63,954 bases of DNA, filler included, from Rhabdomonas costata (GCA_019059605.1; 29 parts of 29 records of this genome joined end to end with filler, not necessarily neighbours in it), one strand, 5' to 3'. Counted from the first letter of the whole stretch, positions 25,361 through 38,614 are shown. Numbers and translations: made by a program. The notes: a model not told the origin generated them from the letters alone.

Positions 25361-26919
25361 CTTGCCCGCCATCAGCAGTCAGAGGGTTAGTTAGTTTGTA
25401 ATTTTTTTGAAAGAGGGGAGTCTACTAAAAATCCCAGTTAATTGAGAGATAACTTTGAGCCATAAGAACCCAGGGAGAAAGCAGCACTGTAGCATCACAA
25501 TTGCAGAGGTCGGGAATGACATCACTATCAGCGAAAAACGACGAGCCATTTTCTGCATTTTGTGAGTGACGTCCACGTTGCCAGCACCAAGGTTCTGGTC
25601 CCTGAAAGAAGGCTATATACCCTCAAGAAAAAACCAGCGTCTTCGGCATCAGATCTTGAGGAGGTGACAAGAATCGGAACCTCTGCGCCGTTGCTATAGT
25701 AAGCAGGAGGCAAGAACAGAAACTGAAGGGTATCCACCAAAAAAACGAATGATGATGCTTCACAGTTTTGGCAATTGAAACAACTAAAATGAGGACGTCC
25801 TCTCGAAATCAGCCGCGCTGCTTTCTGGAAGACCAGCCGGTCGAGCCTCAAGTCAAAAGCGCAACCGAACACAGCCCTCGTAATCGTTACAAAGGAAAAA
25901 ACGCTTTGAGGAGCCCAGCGCACCCGCGTCCGCGTCCGCCTCGATCGAAAGAAGCAAGTAAAAAGGGGTAGCAAATAAAAAACTGAATAATGTGTACGTG
26001 TATGTGTATGTGTGTATGTGTGTGACACACTTCATAGACCAGTGTAACGCATGTGTGACTCTGGGGGTGTGCATGCGTTACACCAGACTTCCCTCCCGTC
26101 CTCTTAAGAGCAACGGGGCAGAGAAGGGCTGTAACCGTGTTCGATGGAAGGAAGACGGAGGGAGTGATAGCGGCTTTGCAACGGCCTCAATCTCTCCAAA
26201 TGAAAAAGGAAAATGGAGTGACAAAAATAGCATAACACCAAACCAAAATGGCATTTCTACCCCTGAGAAGGGAAAGCTCAGAAAAAGCAAAGAAAGGTTG
26301 CTCGTCCCCTTGGGTCCTCTCACCAGGAAAAGAAAACGTTCAGAGGGTATAGCAGCAGAGATGACAACACAGGGCATGCACTTCTTCTAGTCCGCTTCAC
26401 AGTGCACTGCCCATTCACACCCCCCANNNNNNNNNNNNNNNNNNNNNNNNNNNNNNNNNNNNNNNNNNNNTTAATTAATTAANNNNNNNNNNNNNNNNNN
26501 NNNNNNNNNNNNNNNNNNNNNNNNNNCCCCACCCTCTACACCCCCTCTTCTTACTGAGGTTTATTGGGCGTGCTCGGCAAGGATACTCTCGCTCTTAAAG
26601 CTCAGGACTGGCGACAACAAAAGATGAAAAAAGCGACCCGGAGGAGACGCCACCTCAATGATGGGGTTCGCGGAATTTTAGAAAAAAACGAATATTGGCG
26701 AAATGGGAATCGTAAAACCACCATTTAAGCGCCGAATTTTCGGCACCTCTATAAACACCACAATCTCTCTTATTTTTAATAACATGATTATCTCAAAGCT
26801 GGAACGAGGTCCTCTGAAGCAAGTAACAACAGTGACAACAACAGAATAACAATAATAAATAATCGAAACAAAATAATAAGTGGACACGTTCGGGGCGCAT
26901 GGCCCGCAGGCCGTACAGC

Positions 26920-27052
26920 TTTGACCAAGCTGTTCAGTCGGTATGCCAAGCGCCTCTCCACGGAGGGTTTGGAGCGCTTCCCGGACCAGCGGCAGGCGGA
27001 GTGCTGGCAGCGGGTATCGGTTGCCTTGCACAAGGCATCGGAGCTCAGCTGA
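26920..27052 (+). CDS. Probable terminal exon, hypothetical protein
   Basis: CAG acceptor, then LTKLFSRYAKRLSTEGLERFPDQRQAECWQRVSVALHKASELS*. Confidence 0.35.
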
Positions 27053-27987
27053 GCTTCGCCCTGGAGGGACCCTTTGCGGAGCCGCGCGACTCTCACAGCC
27101 CAGCTCCCCCCATGTCCTCAGGCAGCTCGCCGCTGCTCGTTACAGCGGGATCTTAACGCGCGCTGGGTGGGGAAAGGAGTGAACTTTTCTTTGGAGAGTG
27201 GTGCTTCCTTCCGCCCCCCACCTCCCCCATTGTCCTTCGTTGTGGTTGCCCTCGCGTGGACCCGGACAAAGAGACTGTCTTCGCACGGGTTTCCTCCCCT
27301 TCTCAAAAGCAGGCTGGCAGGAGACCGTGCATTGCGGGCTGGTACCCTGATCACTGCACCCCTTTCCTCTGCCTTTGTAAATAGGTAAATAGTGGGCGTC
27401 CTCGGCTAGGGTACTCTTGCCCCAAGCTCAGCACTGGCGAAACCAAAACAAATAATAGAGCCACCCGGAGGGAGACCCCCAATGAAGGGTACGCCATTTC
27501 GAAAGAAAAAAGCTTTTTGTTCTTCGTTCTTCTGTGTGTGGCAGTTCTGTTTAGTTCGTGCTGTAATTACAGTGCTGACCCATGTTGCTGCAGACGTGCA
27601 AAAAAAAGCCAATCAAAACCTCATTTTATTGGTTAAAAAACAAATAAAAACGGTTTGCAGCGGTATAGCAGCCAGCTCGTGGGCAAGTGCTCTCGAAGAA
27701 CGTTTCCTTCGTACAGTTCGAGCTTCGTCCCAGCTTCTACTTCTCGTTCCTTCAACTTATCTCCCACACGGACAGAGGAGCGCCCTCGCAAAGCTTGCAC
27801 CACATTTTCAAAAGCAGCAGTAATCAGAAACGGGAGAGAAGCCGTCTCGGAATCCAGGCTTGCGGGAAAAGACATTAGACGCGTGCCACCCGTATGTGCG
27901 GAGAGAGAAAGTGATCGTGTGTGTTGTGTGTGTGTGTGCGTGAAGGGGGAGGGGTAGGGGTCTGAAAGATAGGCAAACGGCGAACAC

Positions 27988-28092
27988 CCGTGCAGCAGTC
28001 CGACTGGCTGCAGGTCGCCGAGGCGCACACTACGGCGGAGCCCTTCGAGGTGTAGCCCGAGGGGCAGGAGTAGGCTCCGCAGGTCGGGTTTG
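27988..28092 (-). CDS. Cys-rich module exon of an extracellular protein
   Basis: 105-nt phase 1-1 exon encoding ANPTCGAYSCPSGYTSKGSAVVCASATCSQSDCCT (6 Cys); AAG acceptor, GT donor. Confidence 0.75.
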
Positions 28093-29188
28093 CTTTTTGG
28101 GTGGTGGACGCAGAGAGGGAAAGAGTGGGGCTCAAAAGGCAGGTTTTGTTGAAAGGCACCTCATTAGGGCACGAAAAGAAGCACTCTGCAATGGACCGCG
28201 TTGTTGGACATTTTTCGGGAAAGGCGGGGGGGACTGGATAGGGGCGGGGGTTGAAATATCTTTGCTGTGCTGCAAAATGATGGAGACAGGCCTTTCTTCT
28301 GTGAAATACACGCACCAGAAACATCGCAAACCCACCTCGTTGGTGTCCCAAAGCACCAAAGCCGTGTCCACATTTTGATGGAATCCTCTTTTTAAAGCCA
28401 AACAACTCCACCTTTGGGGCCAGCATTTGGGTTTGCAGGCATTTTCCATCGGAGAAACTGGTTTTTGGTATGCATTTATTCGATTGGTCGCAATCTTTCT
28501 TTCTCAGCTCGCCGTAAATGAACCGTGTCCACCGCCATATGGTAACATGACATCGTTCACGGTGTGCAGGCAAAAGTTTACTTCATACCCGCAATCGAAA
28601 CTACCCCCCCCCCCACACACCAAAACACCCCCCNNNNNNNNNNNNNNNNNNNNNNNNNNNNNNNNNNNNNNNNNNNNTTAATTAATTAANNNNNNNNNNN
28701 NNNNNNNNNNNNNNNNNNNNNNNNNNNNNNNNNGGTTGTGTGTTGGGCTAATGTGGTGTTATGGGCTATTGTTAGGGCTAATGTTGTGTGCTGTTCTGTG
28801 GTGGGTTGGAGGGTGAGGTGAGGTGTAAGGGCTATGGTGTGCTTGTGTGATGTTGGTCTCGAGGTCTCAGGGTCGGAGGGTGTGAGGGTGTGAGGATTTC
28901 GTGAGGTCGTGAGGTAGGGTATCAGCATGACTATGAGTGAAGAATGCAGTAACTCAGCATGACTGTAGGGGTTGAAGATGCCCTGAGAGAGAAAGACCCT
29001 GGGGATGTTTCTTGCCTCCTACCCCGCATGGCTCGCTGACGCACCCATGCTTCGTGTCTAAGGGTAAGGGGTGTAAGATGCCTCCTACCTGCCGGTGGCC
29101 TTCATCCGTTTGTTCTGTTTTTGCTAAGAATTTCGGTAAAGTTTCAATTGAGGCTGGCATTGTGGAGATTTCGGGTGTTGCATCACAG

Positions 29189-29484
29189 CGTTGTACTCCT
29201 GGGCCGCAGTGGTGCCCACTGCGACGCCTTCGTGGGCGTATTCCCGAACGGAGCATTGTACAATGACCTTCGGGGATGTGCTGCTGATGATTGCCGGGAG
29301 AGACGCAAGCAACAGCCTTCTGATCGATGTGCTGTGGAGTAGGGACGGGCTGTCATGGACTCAGAGCACCACCGAGGCCTTCATTTCGGAGCGGAGTGGG
29401 GTGGGCTGCGGGGTGCTGGGATTGCGGGCCTATGTCGTTGGTGGCCGAGATGTACTTTCGAACCCTTTCAACGAGGTTCACACG
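29189..29484 (+). CDS. Kelch-repeat protein exon
   Basis: Two Kelch-like blades: RTEHCTMTFGDVLLMIAGRD...WSRDGLSWTQ and ERSGVGCGVLGLRAYVVGGRD. Confidence 0.8.
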
Positions 29485-29944
29485 GTTTGTGGCGTACAAA
29501 GCATTTTTCTCATCCATGCCGACGCCGGCGCGGCGGGGCTTTCATTTTTCATGCTTTCGTGTGTGCAGTTCTGCTTGGCCTGATTTGATCGTGCCAAGTC
29601 CTTCCTAACATTACGGACCATGAGACCGTGGGTTTCTGCTTCGAGGGCCCTTCTTTGCCATCTGTCGTTGTGTGCCTTATGTGCAGACTTCTAGTTGGAT
29701 TTCGATTGGCGGTGCCCCGTGCGTTGGCTCATCGTCACCCTTATTCCTTGTATCCATAACCCAAACCCCATGTGTCTCAGTTTTCCCGCAAATGTCGGCT
29801 TTGTGTCGACGTATGCGAGGTTATTGATGTCGAGGTCAGCGCTTCCTGCTTTCTTTTTTATGTAAATATGTTGTGGGTGCTGTCGTAAACCCTCCGCTGC
29901 GTGGGCCAGAAGCGGCACAAAAGGGATACCAGAGAGCCGCCCAA

Positions 29945-30058
29945 GGGCACCACAACCGGCCGAGGGTGAAAAGTCAGAGAATTCTGACCCCAAGGACCGG
30001 CCACGCAGCGTTTCGGGAGACCTGTTGTATATACAAAAGACCCCAGGCCTGCTTCGGC
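29945..30058 (+). repeat. Dispersed 114-bp repeat, copy 1
   Basis: Ungapped match to the reverse complement of 51341-51454; 12 mismatches counted by hand (102/114). Confidence 0.93.
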
Positions 30059-30703
30059 TTAGGCCTCTCACACTTCCGTTTGACAACGTCTCTCGAAAAA
30101 AAACGGTGTTCTCAGTGCGCAAAAGTTTTCTGTTGGCCGAATTTTTCCAGGGTTTTTTTTTTTGCACTTTTCCTGGTTTCCGTTTGTTAGGGTTGCCGGA
30201 GGATGGCATTCTTCCACCCATCCAGCCCCGAAAAAAGGTACGTGGGCTTGTTGCTACGGTTGCATTGATCCCTGTGAGAAATGGTTAAGGCCCCCCCCCT
30301 TCACTGCCGAGTCCGGGGCTATGTCTGCTTTATGATCTACCGCTTCATCTCAGAATAGCCTCCAATTCCCACCGCCCGTGAAAAAAGTTTATGCATCAGC
30401 CAGAAGGCCAGCTTCACTTTTGAGTGGGTGTTGGGGATCTCAAATCAATTGCCACGGCAGGCGAGCGTACGACGGGCGTGCTTACCTGTGTTAAGGAGGC
30501 GGAATTTGCGTTTTCAAGATTTCAAGGGGTGTACTGGAGCGTTTCTGAGATACATTCGGTCTTCGTCCCTCTTCCTCCTTGGGTCTTTTCTTCTGTTGCT
30601 TTCCTTCTGAAAGCCCGAGCTAACCTTTCACTGTGTGGTGTCGTGCGGATGTCTCGCACATCGCTAACATTTGGATGGGTCTTTCTTCATCCATCTGCGG
30701 TGT

Positions 30704-30704
<1 letters not shown>

Positions 30705-30734
<30 letters not shown>

Positions 30735-30843
30735 GCGAAGTTTTTCTGGTTTGACAGCGACGGCAACATCATTCCGGATGGTGCCCCTGCGCCTCCGCCT
30801 CTGCCCCCACCTGCAGCTGCTGCTCGAGGGGCTGCCTCCCCAC
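30705..30843 (+). CDS. PolyQ/Pro-rich exon beginning in (CAG)9
   Basis: QQQQQQQQPAKFFWFDSDGNIIPDGAPAPPPLPPP running to the contig end. Confidence 0.55.
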
Positions 30844-31356
30844 NNNNNNNNNNNNNNNNNNNNNNNNNNNNNNNNNNNNNNNNNNNNTTAATTAATTAAN
30901 NNNNNNNNNNNNNNNNNNNNNNNNNNNNNNNNNNNNNNNNNNNTGTGGGGGTTCTACCCCCCCCCCAATTTGACTGTTTGCTGTTTGCTGTGTTGTCGCG
31001 TTTGCCATTTGCTTGTGATTTGGTCTCCTGCCTTCCTTGTTTTCATTTCTCTCCTTCCTCTGTAATTTTGTTCCCTTTTTGCTTATCGCTTTCTTGGCCG
31101 CGCGTTATGCTTCTGCGCTTCGCATTCTTTTGCTCTCTGCGTCTGCACACTAACAATGGAAGAGATTGGTGTAGAGTGTAGAGAAATGCAAGTTTCCGAA
31201 GGAAACATGAACAATGACACCTGTTAAAACGAGGACGGTTTTACTAATTGGGCAGCCAGCCAGGATGACCATGGAAGCTATTGGCATGGCAAGGGAAATA
31301 TTCTTGTATTTGTTTTGCAAAGCGTAGGTGGGCGGTTGGAGGGGATAAGCCCATGC

Positions 31357-32967
31357 CCTGTATCTTCGCCACGGTCTCCTTCATCCGGACTTGCAGGTTG
31401 TGCATGTCCCGCTCCTTGCGCTGGGCCAAGGCCTTGCTGTCCTGCCGCTCCTTGTCTATGGATTTGTAGATCGACTCGTGCTCTGAGCGACACCCCCCCA
31501 CACACACACACGGAAGAAACGGAATAGTGAATGAACAGTGGGGGACAGTGGGGGACTTTTTCGTGAGAAAATTGAAGAAACTTTGAGTTTGTCTTCTGGT
31601 CCCTACGAGCGAAAGGAGCTGACGTGTTTCGCTCAAAGAAATCTGATGGTATTTTTGACGTTAGGTTAATCAAAAAAGCAAGGGTTACCAATGACCAATT
31701 TTACTCTGGATGTGCCAGACCGCGTGGCAAAAAAGTTAACACGACGAGGCAGAGACAGACGAAACATGAGCCTGTTCTCTCGGCTTTACTCGGCTTCTAG
31801 CGTCACTCAAGCACCTCCCGTACGAGAGTGCGCAGTAACGCCTGCACACTGCAGAGATAAAACGAAAGCACCCAAGACACCTCTTCTGAGGTCTTTGAGC
31901 TTCAGCTTCAGCTCGGCCATGTGGTCGTCCTTGCGGCGAATCTCGTCGCGGAGCTCCGCCCTTTGAGCCTCTGCACCCCAACCGCAAAGGCATCGAATCA
32001 GGACAGATCACTTGAGCAGGATGAACCTGGCCCACATCAGAACGTTTTGTTTTAGAGGTCATCTCCTTGTTTTCTACCCAGCGCTTCCTGCCGTGTGCGC
32101 GAGGAGCACAGCGCACGCGTACAAACACACCAAACTGAGCATGCAGTTCCGCCAGGCGCTTCTCGGTCTCGGTCATCTCCTTGTCTTCGTCCTGAAGCCT
32201 GTACTCGGAGTCATCCCCTGGAAAGCAGAGGGAAGTGTGCAGGCTCCGGACAGATACAAAAGCAAAGGCATTCGGAACCTATCATATAGATCCAAAGGGC
32301 ACAGAAAGCTTCAGCGTCAGCGCCAAAACCCCATGGCGAAATCCGCCTTCAACCGCGAAAGGTCATTGCTAAGCAAAGCGGTATATCCTCGCCGGTTCGG
32401 AGCCTCGGCCCTATCTTCAATCTTGCTGGTGGGCATGCGAGGCCTTGGGATCCACTCCACTGGAGGTGGCAGCGTTTCGGTCTTCTTCCCTCTCCCATCT
32501 CAACCAGATGAGTTTCGCACCGTCTCTATGAAACTTCTTCTTCTTTCATGATCCCATCTGGCTTTTGCTCTCCAATTTCTTCGAAAAAGAAGGAAAAAAG
32601 AAAAGAGAAGAAAACAGGCGCGTGACAAAAAAATCACTGCAAAGCTCCCAAAATTACTTTGCATGCATATAAACAAAGAAGTGAGATGGGAGGGTGAAGC
32701 GGAAGGAAAGTGCTAGGGCAAAGTAGTTTCTGTGCTGCACCGCAAAAACGTACGAATGCCCTCGGAGCTCCCGCAAACAATAGTCCCCAGTGAACGAGAG
32801 GCGTTGAACCTACTCTAACACTGCTGCTGTGTTGCTTACCGGACTGAAGGCGGAGCAGGCTGCGAGTCTGGCGGCCCCTCTCCTCCTCCTTGTCGCGGTA
32901 CTCCTGCTCAAGCTGCTGCAGCACCTTCGCCTGAGAGGCGTTCTGCTCAAAAAGCGCGGCGTAGTAC
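31357..32967 (-). CDS. Coiled-coil protein (4 exons, partial)
   Basis: Exons 32967-32840, 32217-32131, 31970-31881 and 31482-31357 join in frame through three phase-1 GT-AG introns; E/K/R/L heptad composition. Confidence 0.85.
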
Positions 32968-33151
32968 CTGCGGATGTGAAAAAGACAAGACGGCATACCT
33001 TCAGCAGTGTACCTTTTTTTAGGGGACACGTGCATCGCCTACCAACCCCCCNNNNNNNNNNNNNNNNNNNNNNNNNNNNNNNNNNNNNNNNNNNNTTAAT
33101 TAATTAANNNNNNNNNNNNNNNNNNNNNNNNNNNNNNNNNNNNNNNNNNNN

Positions 33152-34188
33152 GTGGGGTGTTGGAGAGTCCCCGATGGCCGGAAGCGACCCCGAAGTGGAG
33201 TCCACCGTGCCACTGCCCGCCTCAGTACGGCGCTCGGAGAGGTCGTTGAGGAGCTTCAGGAACTCACTGGAGAGCAGCCGGACGTCGGTTTGGAGCTGCA
33301 GGATAATCTTCTGGGGTTGCACCTTCAGGTTGGCAGGAGTGGGCATGGGGGGAAAATTGACCGCATGTGACCTAAAGACTGAAGGGATCAACTCAAAAGG
33401 AGACGCTGCCTGCAGCAGCCATAGTGCTGTCGCCCGCAGCCTGCGTTGCTGGGAGGAGGAAGTGGAATAATTGTCGCCCTGCCTTGCCCAAGCTCCCCTC
33501 AGGCACCGCGATGTGGGCGAACCCAACAACTTTGTAAGTGCTGCCTCGATCATTTTGCATTTGCCCTTCTAAGCTTGTCACCTCGTTCATAGCCAAACGA
33601 AGCTCCCTTGCCCAGCCTGTCTCAGGGAGGGGTTGCCGGCTCACAGCTCCATGGCGTCTTCCGAAATCTCGAGTTTGTCCCCAGGGTTCCTGACTCGCCA
33701 GCCTAGTTCACTATTTTTGTATATCCCATATACCGCACGCGGAGCAAGCAAACGAATACACTGTCCTCCCCCATACTCCTGACTTTTTGCTCCTATATCC
33801 GTGCTGCTCGTCAATTCCATATGTCCACTATCTTTTTCGACAATACGCGAAATGCACAGACCATTCTCAACCTTTCTAAAACCCTGCAGATCCAAGGTGT
33901 TTTGGAATCAAGTTTTTCTCCGCCTTTCATTAATGATGTGGCACTGGGCGAAATAAAACAAACCTCTTCGTCGAACTCGTACTTCAAGGCCTTGTCCTTA
34001 GCCGCCCTGAGCTTCTCACCTGCGCTGGAGTCCCGCAGGCCTCCGCGGCTGGAGCCACGGGGCTGTGGGGCGCGGAAGGTTAGGCTGCTGGGCGTGGTGA
34101 CGGGCACGAGGTAGCTGCGCTGCACCCGCTTCAGCTGCACCTCAACAATGGCCTGGTTGTAGTGATCTGGGTTCTGGCTGTGCTGCAC
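33152..34188 (-). CDS. Hypothetical protein (at least 2 exons)
   Basis: Exons 34188-33964 (VQHSQNPDHY...KYEFDEE) and 33322 to the contig edge (VQPQKIILQLQTDVRLLSSEFLKLL), both phase 0. Confidence 0.65.
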
Positions 34189-36095
34189 CTAAGCAATGGT
34201 AGACCAGGGTCAAACAGAATTTTAGGTTGTTTTGGGGTGACGCGCGGAATTCTTTTACACGAGCAATCCTTTTTCTAGTTTGTCATCCTATGTTACATCT
34301 TCCACATTGATGGATGACTGAGCTGATTGGTGATCGAACAAGTCAAGTGGAAGCGATTTTTACGTACTTCCCTTTGAAAGCACTGACGCTGCAATTGCTT
34401 CTAAAGTTAATATTAGGGGTGACGGTGCAAACTTATACCATTGACCTGGTACCACAGCACGCCCGAACATCTGCATGGAATTTGTTAGTAAGGAAAGATG
34501 CAGTTCGCGGTTGTAACCACAACTAATAAATATAGGGCATACTTTCGGCAGTGCTCCTTTTTCTGGGAGGAGGCCAGTTTACTTAACCCTGACTTTTTCA
34601 ATAAAGGAAGCTCAGAAAAGGAACCGCCAGAGCAAATGCCCATCCCGCACGCACTCCAACAGAGGTAGAAAAGGGTCCTTGTCCTTGTCAACACATCATA
34701 AATTGTCAACATGAGGAAAAAGAGAGACAGAGATAAAAAAGGAACGGAACACTGCCGAAGGAGTGCCAAATATAGATAGCAGCAGGTGCAATCCTACAGA
34801 ATGACTGGTACACAGTCGACTCGAGTAACAGCTCTGTTTGGGGTGCACAATGGTTGAAGGCGATTAAAAAGACCAAGGAAAATCAAAACTCAAGGCAAAA
34901 GTGGTGCAACAATGACGGCGGCCGTCGTTGTGGTGAGGCGTGCAGCTTGCGCATCCTTCCTCGTGGTTGACTTCCACAGACTTCTTCCCAAAGATCAAAA
35001 TTGCGCAGTGTGTGTAAGTTACCCTTCAGAAAAAGTGGGACACCCATTATAACTGCCATTCAGGGACGTTTCACAACAGATGCTCCACATAGCAGTTTGT
35101 GCTATTCCGGGTTGTGCCCTCTCAGCAAGAGCTGGAGAAGCGGGAGCTCGCATTGGATCGCCAGACTAAGTCATTGGCGGAGGTGCTGCGCAAGGAGCGC
35201 GAGTTGGAACGCACCCGCTGGGGGGTACTTGCATTGACTTTCTAACCCCTCCACCCAACANNNNNNNNNNNNNNNNNNNNNNNNNNNNNNNNNNNNNNNN
35301 NNNNTTAATTAATTAANNNNNNNNNNNNNNNNNNNNNNNNNNNNNNNNNNNNNNNNNNNNGGGTTGTGGTTGAAGATGCCTTTGTTCTACGGCCCTGCCC
35401 AGGTGGGCATTACCACTTCAATTCACTATTTTGGCCTCGTGTTTGGGAAGCTTGTAAACTCTGAACTTTTGTAATGCAGTTCATGTTCATCGATTTTCCT
35501 TGTTTTTGATCTTTTTTTTGGAGTGGGAGTTAGTTCATGGCCGAGCTGCCCGAAGACAGCTTGCCCACTGTGTTGCTGTTCTCTGCATGTCCACAAAAGC
35601 TTCCGGACTTTATCCGTACTTGTTACTTAGAAGGAACTTTTCCATAGGTGGCGCATGAAGTGGTAAATCCAGCTGAGTTTTTTGTGCTAACTCCTCGGTA
35701 TAAAGGGATGTGAATTCGATTGCAGTTGCAGTTGTAGTTGCAGTGGCAACCACACATGGCTCTTGAAGGCGGGGTCTCACGGTTTTGCAGGGGAAGGCCC
35801 ACAAGCTGCTCTCTCTTTGCGAGGCTATTGGAGGACGCGTCCTTGTAGACCACGACGTGGGGGTGCAGGTGTTGTTGTGTCTTGGCCTCTAAGTGTACTC
35901 TGCATTCACTGTTTTGCGTGTAGTTGCGGTGGTATTGTGGGGTGGAAGAGGCGCGGGGTGGGTTTGCCCAACACTACTGCTGCCCGTTTTCGACAGCTCG
36001 GCTGAGGCTCCGAAGAAGGTTTTGGGCGCAGTTTCCATGATTAAGGGAAGTGGTGATCATATAAGGTTCTAAACAGGAAGGTACTATGACCTTTA

Positions 36096-36177
36096 ACCGA
36101 TTTCGTCCACCATTCTGGAAATTTTGGTTTTGCAGGACCGATTTCGTCCACCATTCTGGAAATTTTGGTTTTGCAGG
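36096..36177. repeat. 41-bp perfect tandem duplication
   Basis: ACCGATTTCGTCCACCATTCTGGAAATTTTGGTTTTGCAGG twice. Confidence 0.95.
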
Positions 36178-36644
36178 ACAAAGTTTCGAACGTGGTTTTG
36201 GGCATCCTGGTGATTCCAGGCTAATGGTGGCTCACGCCACGGGTCTTGTTGTCGTAAAATGCGCGATGGCAGTTCCTGCAACCCCTGCCAAATCTGATCC
36301 CCCGGTTCGAGTCTTCATCCTCTCCCACTGAGACTGCCCCCCCCCCCCTTCTTTCGGGGGTGCCCCAGTCTCCGAAGGTATAGCCCCAGCCTGAGGTCCA
36401 AGCTGTACTAAAAAGCAAGCTTGGGATCGCTCCTTCGAAGAACCCGACGGCTGACACACCGCGTTCCTCCGCTCAAACCAAAGAGGCGACCACATGGGTC
36501 TCCCTTCTTCTCTTCGAGCGTTCTCATGGCTGCCCAGCGGGAGCCCCGGAAAAGGAAAAAACCCAACGGGGGAGATGTGGGATGAGCCGACCTCATTTGT
36601 TCGTTCGTTCGTCACGTGTTTTGGTGGGGTTACCCTCTGCTTAG

Positions 36645-37469
36645 GTGGACTTCACATGTGATGTCCTCCCCGTTGATCTGATCAGCGGGCTCTGCCCCCG
36701 TCCCCCTTCGGTGGCTCTGGAGGTGCTGCGAGTCTCCCCGGCTCAACAGAGCGAGGAGTGGTGTGCTGCACCTCCAGCCCAACCCAAGCCACCACTCCTC
36801 GCTTCATATGAGAGGGTAATAAAAAAAGAAAGTTCTCAAAGGTTGGATTCGGTATTTTGTTAACGTCTGTAGTTAAAAAGGAGCGCCCTGCGTTGCTTTG
36901 CTTTTGTGGAAGAATCAACCTGTTTGGTCGGAAACCTTCCCAAACCTCCCCTTGTCCCAAACTTGTTGGCTGGGGGGGGGGGAGGCAGGGTGAGTTGGCG
37001 TGAATACCGAGACGGATACTCCACCTCACTCTCTCCGTCAAGTGCTCAACACAAGCACGCCGTCGTCGTGCACACATCCAACATGATTCAGCCGCTCACC
37101 GTTTTGTGAGGAGACAGAAACGTCTCCTGTGTTTCAGTATCATGGGGACTGTGCCCCAGCAGACGGTCAAAGGGTCTCCAAACCAGACGTTGAAAAGAAG
37201 TTTTTTTGCCGCACCCGTTCCGGTGTGCTGCCGAAAAGCGCCTTGCTCTTTGCGGGCTACGATCCATGTCGAGCACGAGTTCGGGAAAATTTTTTACGCT
37301 GCCCCGCGATGCAATCTCTGCTGCTCCCGCCGCAGGATGTACTCCATCGCCAGCCCCACTGCCGTGGGCACCTTTGAAGAGAAGTTCCGCGCCGCCTTTG
37401 CCCTGCGAGAGCGCAGTCCCTCCGAGGCCCGAGCGAAGTTCGCGGAACTCCTGCAAAACCCCAACCACC
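36645..37469 (+). CDS. Hypothetical protein exons, possibly a cyclase C-terminal region
   Basis: Exons ~36645-36815 and 37336-end. FEEKFRAAFALRERSPSEARAKFAELL loosely resembles the helical cyclase tail at 47042. Confidence 0.4.
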
Positions 37470-37571
37470 NNNNNNNNNNNNNNNNNNNNNNNNNNNNNNN
37501 NNNNNNNNNNNNNTTAATTAATTAANNNNNNNNNNNNNNNNNNNNNNNNNNNNNNNNNNNNNNNNNNNNTG

Positions 37572-37668
37572 TTTTGAGCCCGTCTTTCAGTGAGCGGGTG
37601 CTCGCATCCTATCGCCGAGGTCCTTGCTCACCACACGAGCACCCGCTCACTGAAAGACGGGCTCAAAA
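37572..37668. repeat. Perfect inverted repeat at contig start (33-bp arms)
   Basis: 37572-37604 is the reverse complement of 37636-37668. Confidence 0.95.
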
Positions 37669-38614
37669 TGGCCATCAAATCTCAATCCCAATCTAAGTAT
37701 CAGTTTGCCTCATTTGCCCACGGGTAAACAATTTTGGTTCCAACAAAGAGAAAGACTTTTAGGTCACCGAGAGGGGTGGGTGGGTTGTGAATGAAGGTGC
37801 GTGCTCTCATTTTGTAAAGTTTCTTATCATGTCAACTTTTTTTCGGCCCTATTGTCCAACTGCTAGACAGAACACTGGGCTCATCCCCTCTTTCTTCGTC
37901 CTTCAATCCAGTCTTCTTAGCGATTCGAGCACACGCAGCACTTAGCGCACAGGCCCGCCTCCCCTCCATCATTCCATCATTTGCTACCCTTACGATATCC
38001 GCGTTCCTCCCCCTGTCTTTGTTGCCGTCGCCCACACCGTTCTCCGTTTTTTCTCTTCATTTTCCCTCTATGATCACTTGACCTCCCACATTCTCCACCA
38101 AGTACTTTCCCCACGTTGCCAGTGTAAGTTATGACATCGCCTTTTGCCCGGACCCTGAACACCCTGTGCGCTGCCGCCGTGACTTTGTAGCGTAAAACTT
38201 AAAAAAAGAAACAGACAAAAGGTTTCCGATACAAAAATGAAAATATTGGGCACAGGGGCTGAAGTGTGAACACCCTGAAATCTATAAAGGGGAAAATGAG
38301 TAAACGAGAATCACCCCGCGGTCGCTAACATTCGTTTAAAAAATTTCCATGAAGCAAACCATAATGGCGCGGAAACCTGACCAAGTTTTTGGAGATGAGA
38401 ACTCGAGAACTTTGTACTTTTTCACAGAGATGACCACTTAAATAAATCCAATCGACAACTTCCACTTATACTAGGCATGTCAGCTTGAAAGAAGAGTCTC
38501 ATTACCTCTAGCTGCTGTGCCCCCCGCCCTGTCCCCCTCACTGCGGACAATGATGGGAGGCCACGGGCCGGGTTACCAAACTCACACACATCTTATTCAT
38601 TCGGGCGGAGGTAC

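Noticed and set aside
28734..28920. GT-rich repeats (GGGCTAATGT, GTGAGG) as a telomere or satellite
   Set aside because: Irregular low-complexity sequence at a contig edge with no stable unit.
36270..36328. GGTTCGAGTC as a tRNA T-loop or B box
   Set aside because: No T-stem pairing, A box or cloverleaf.
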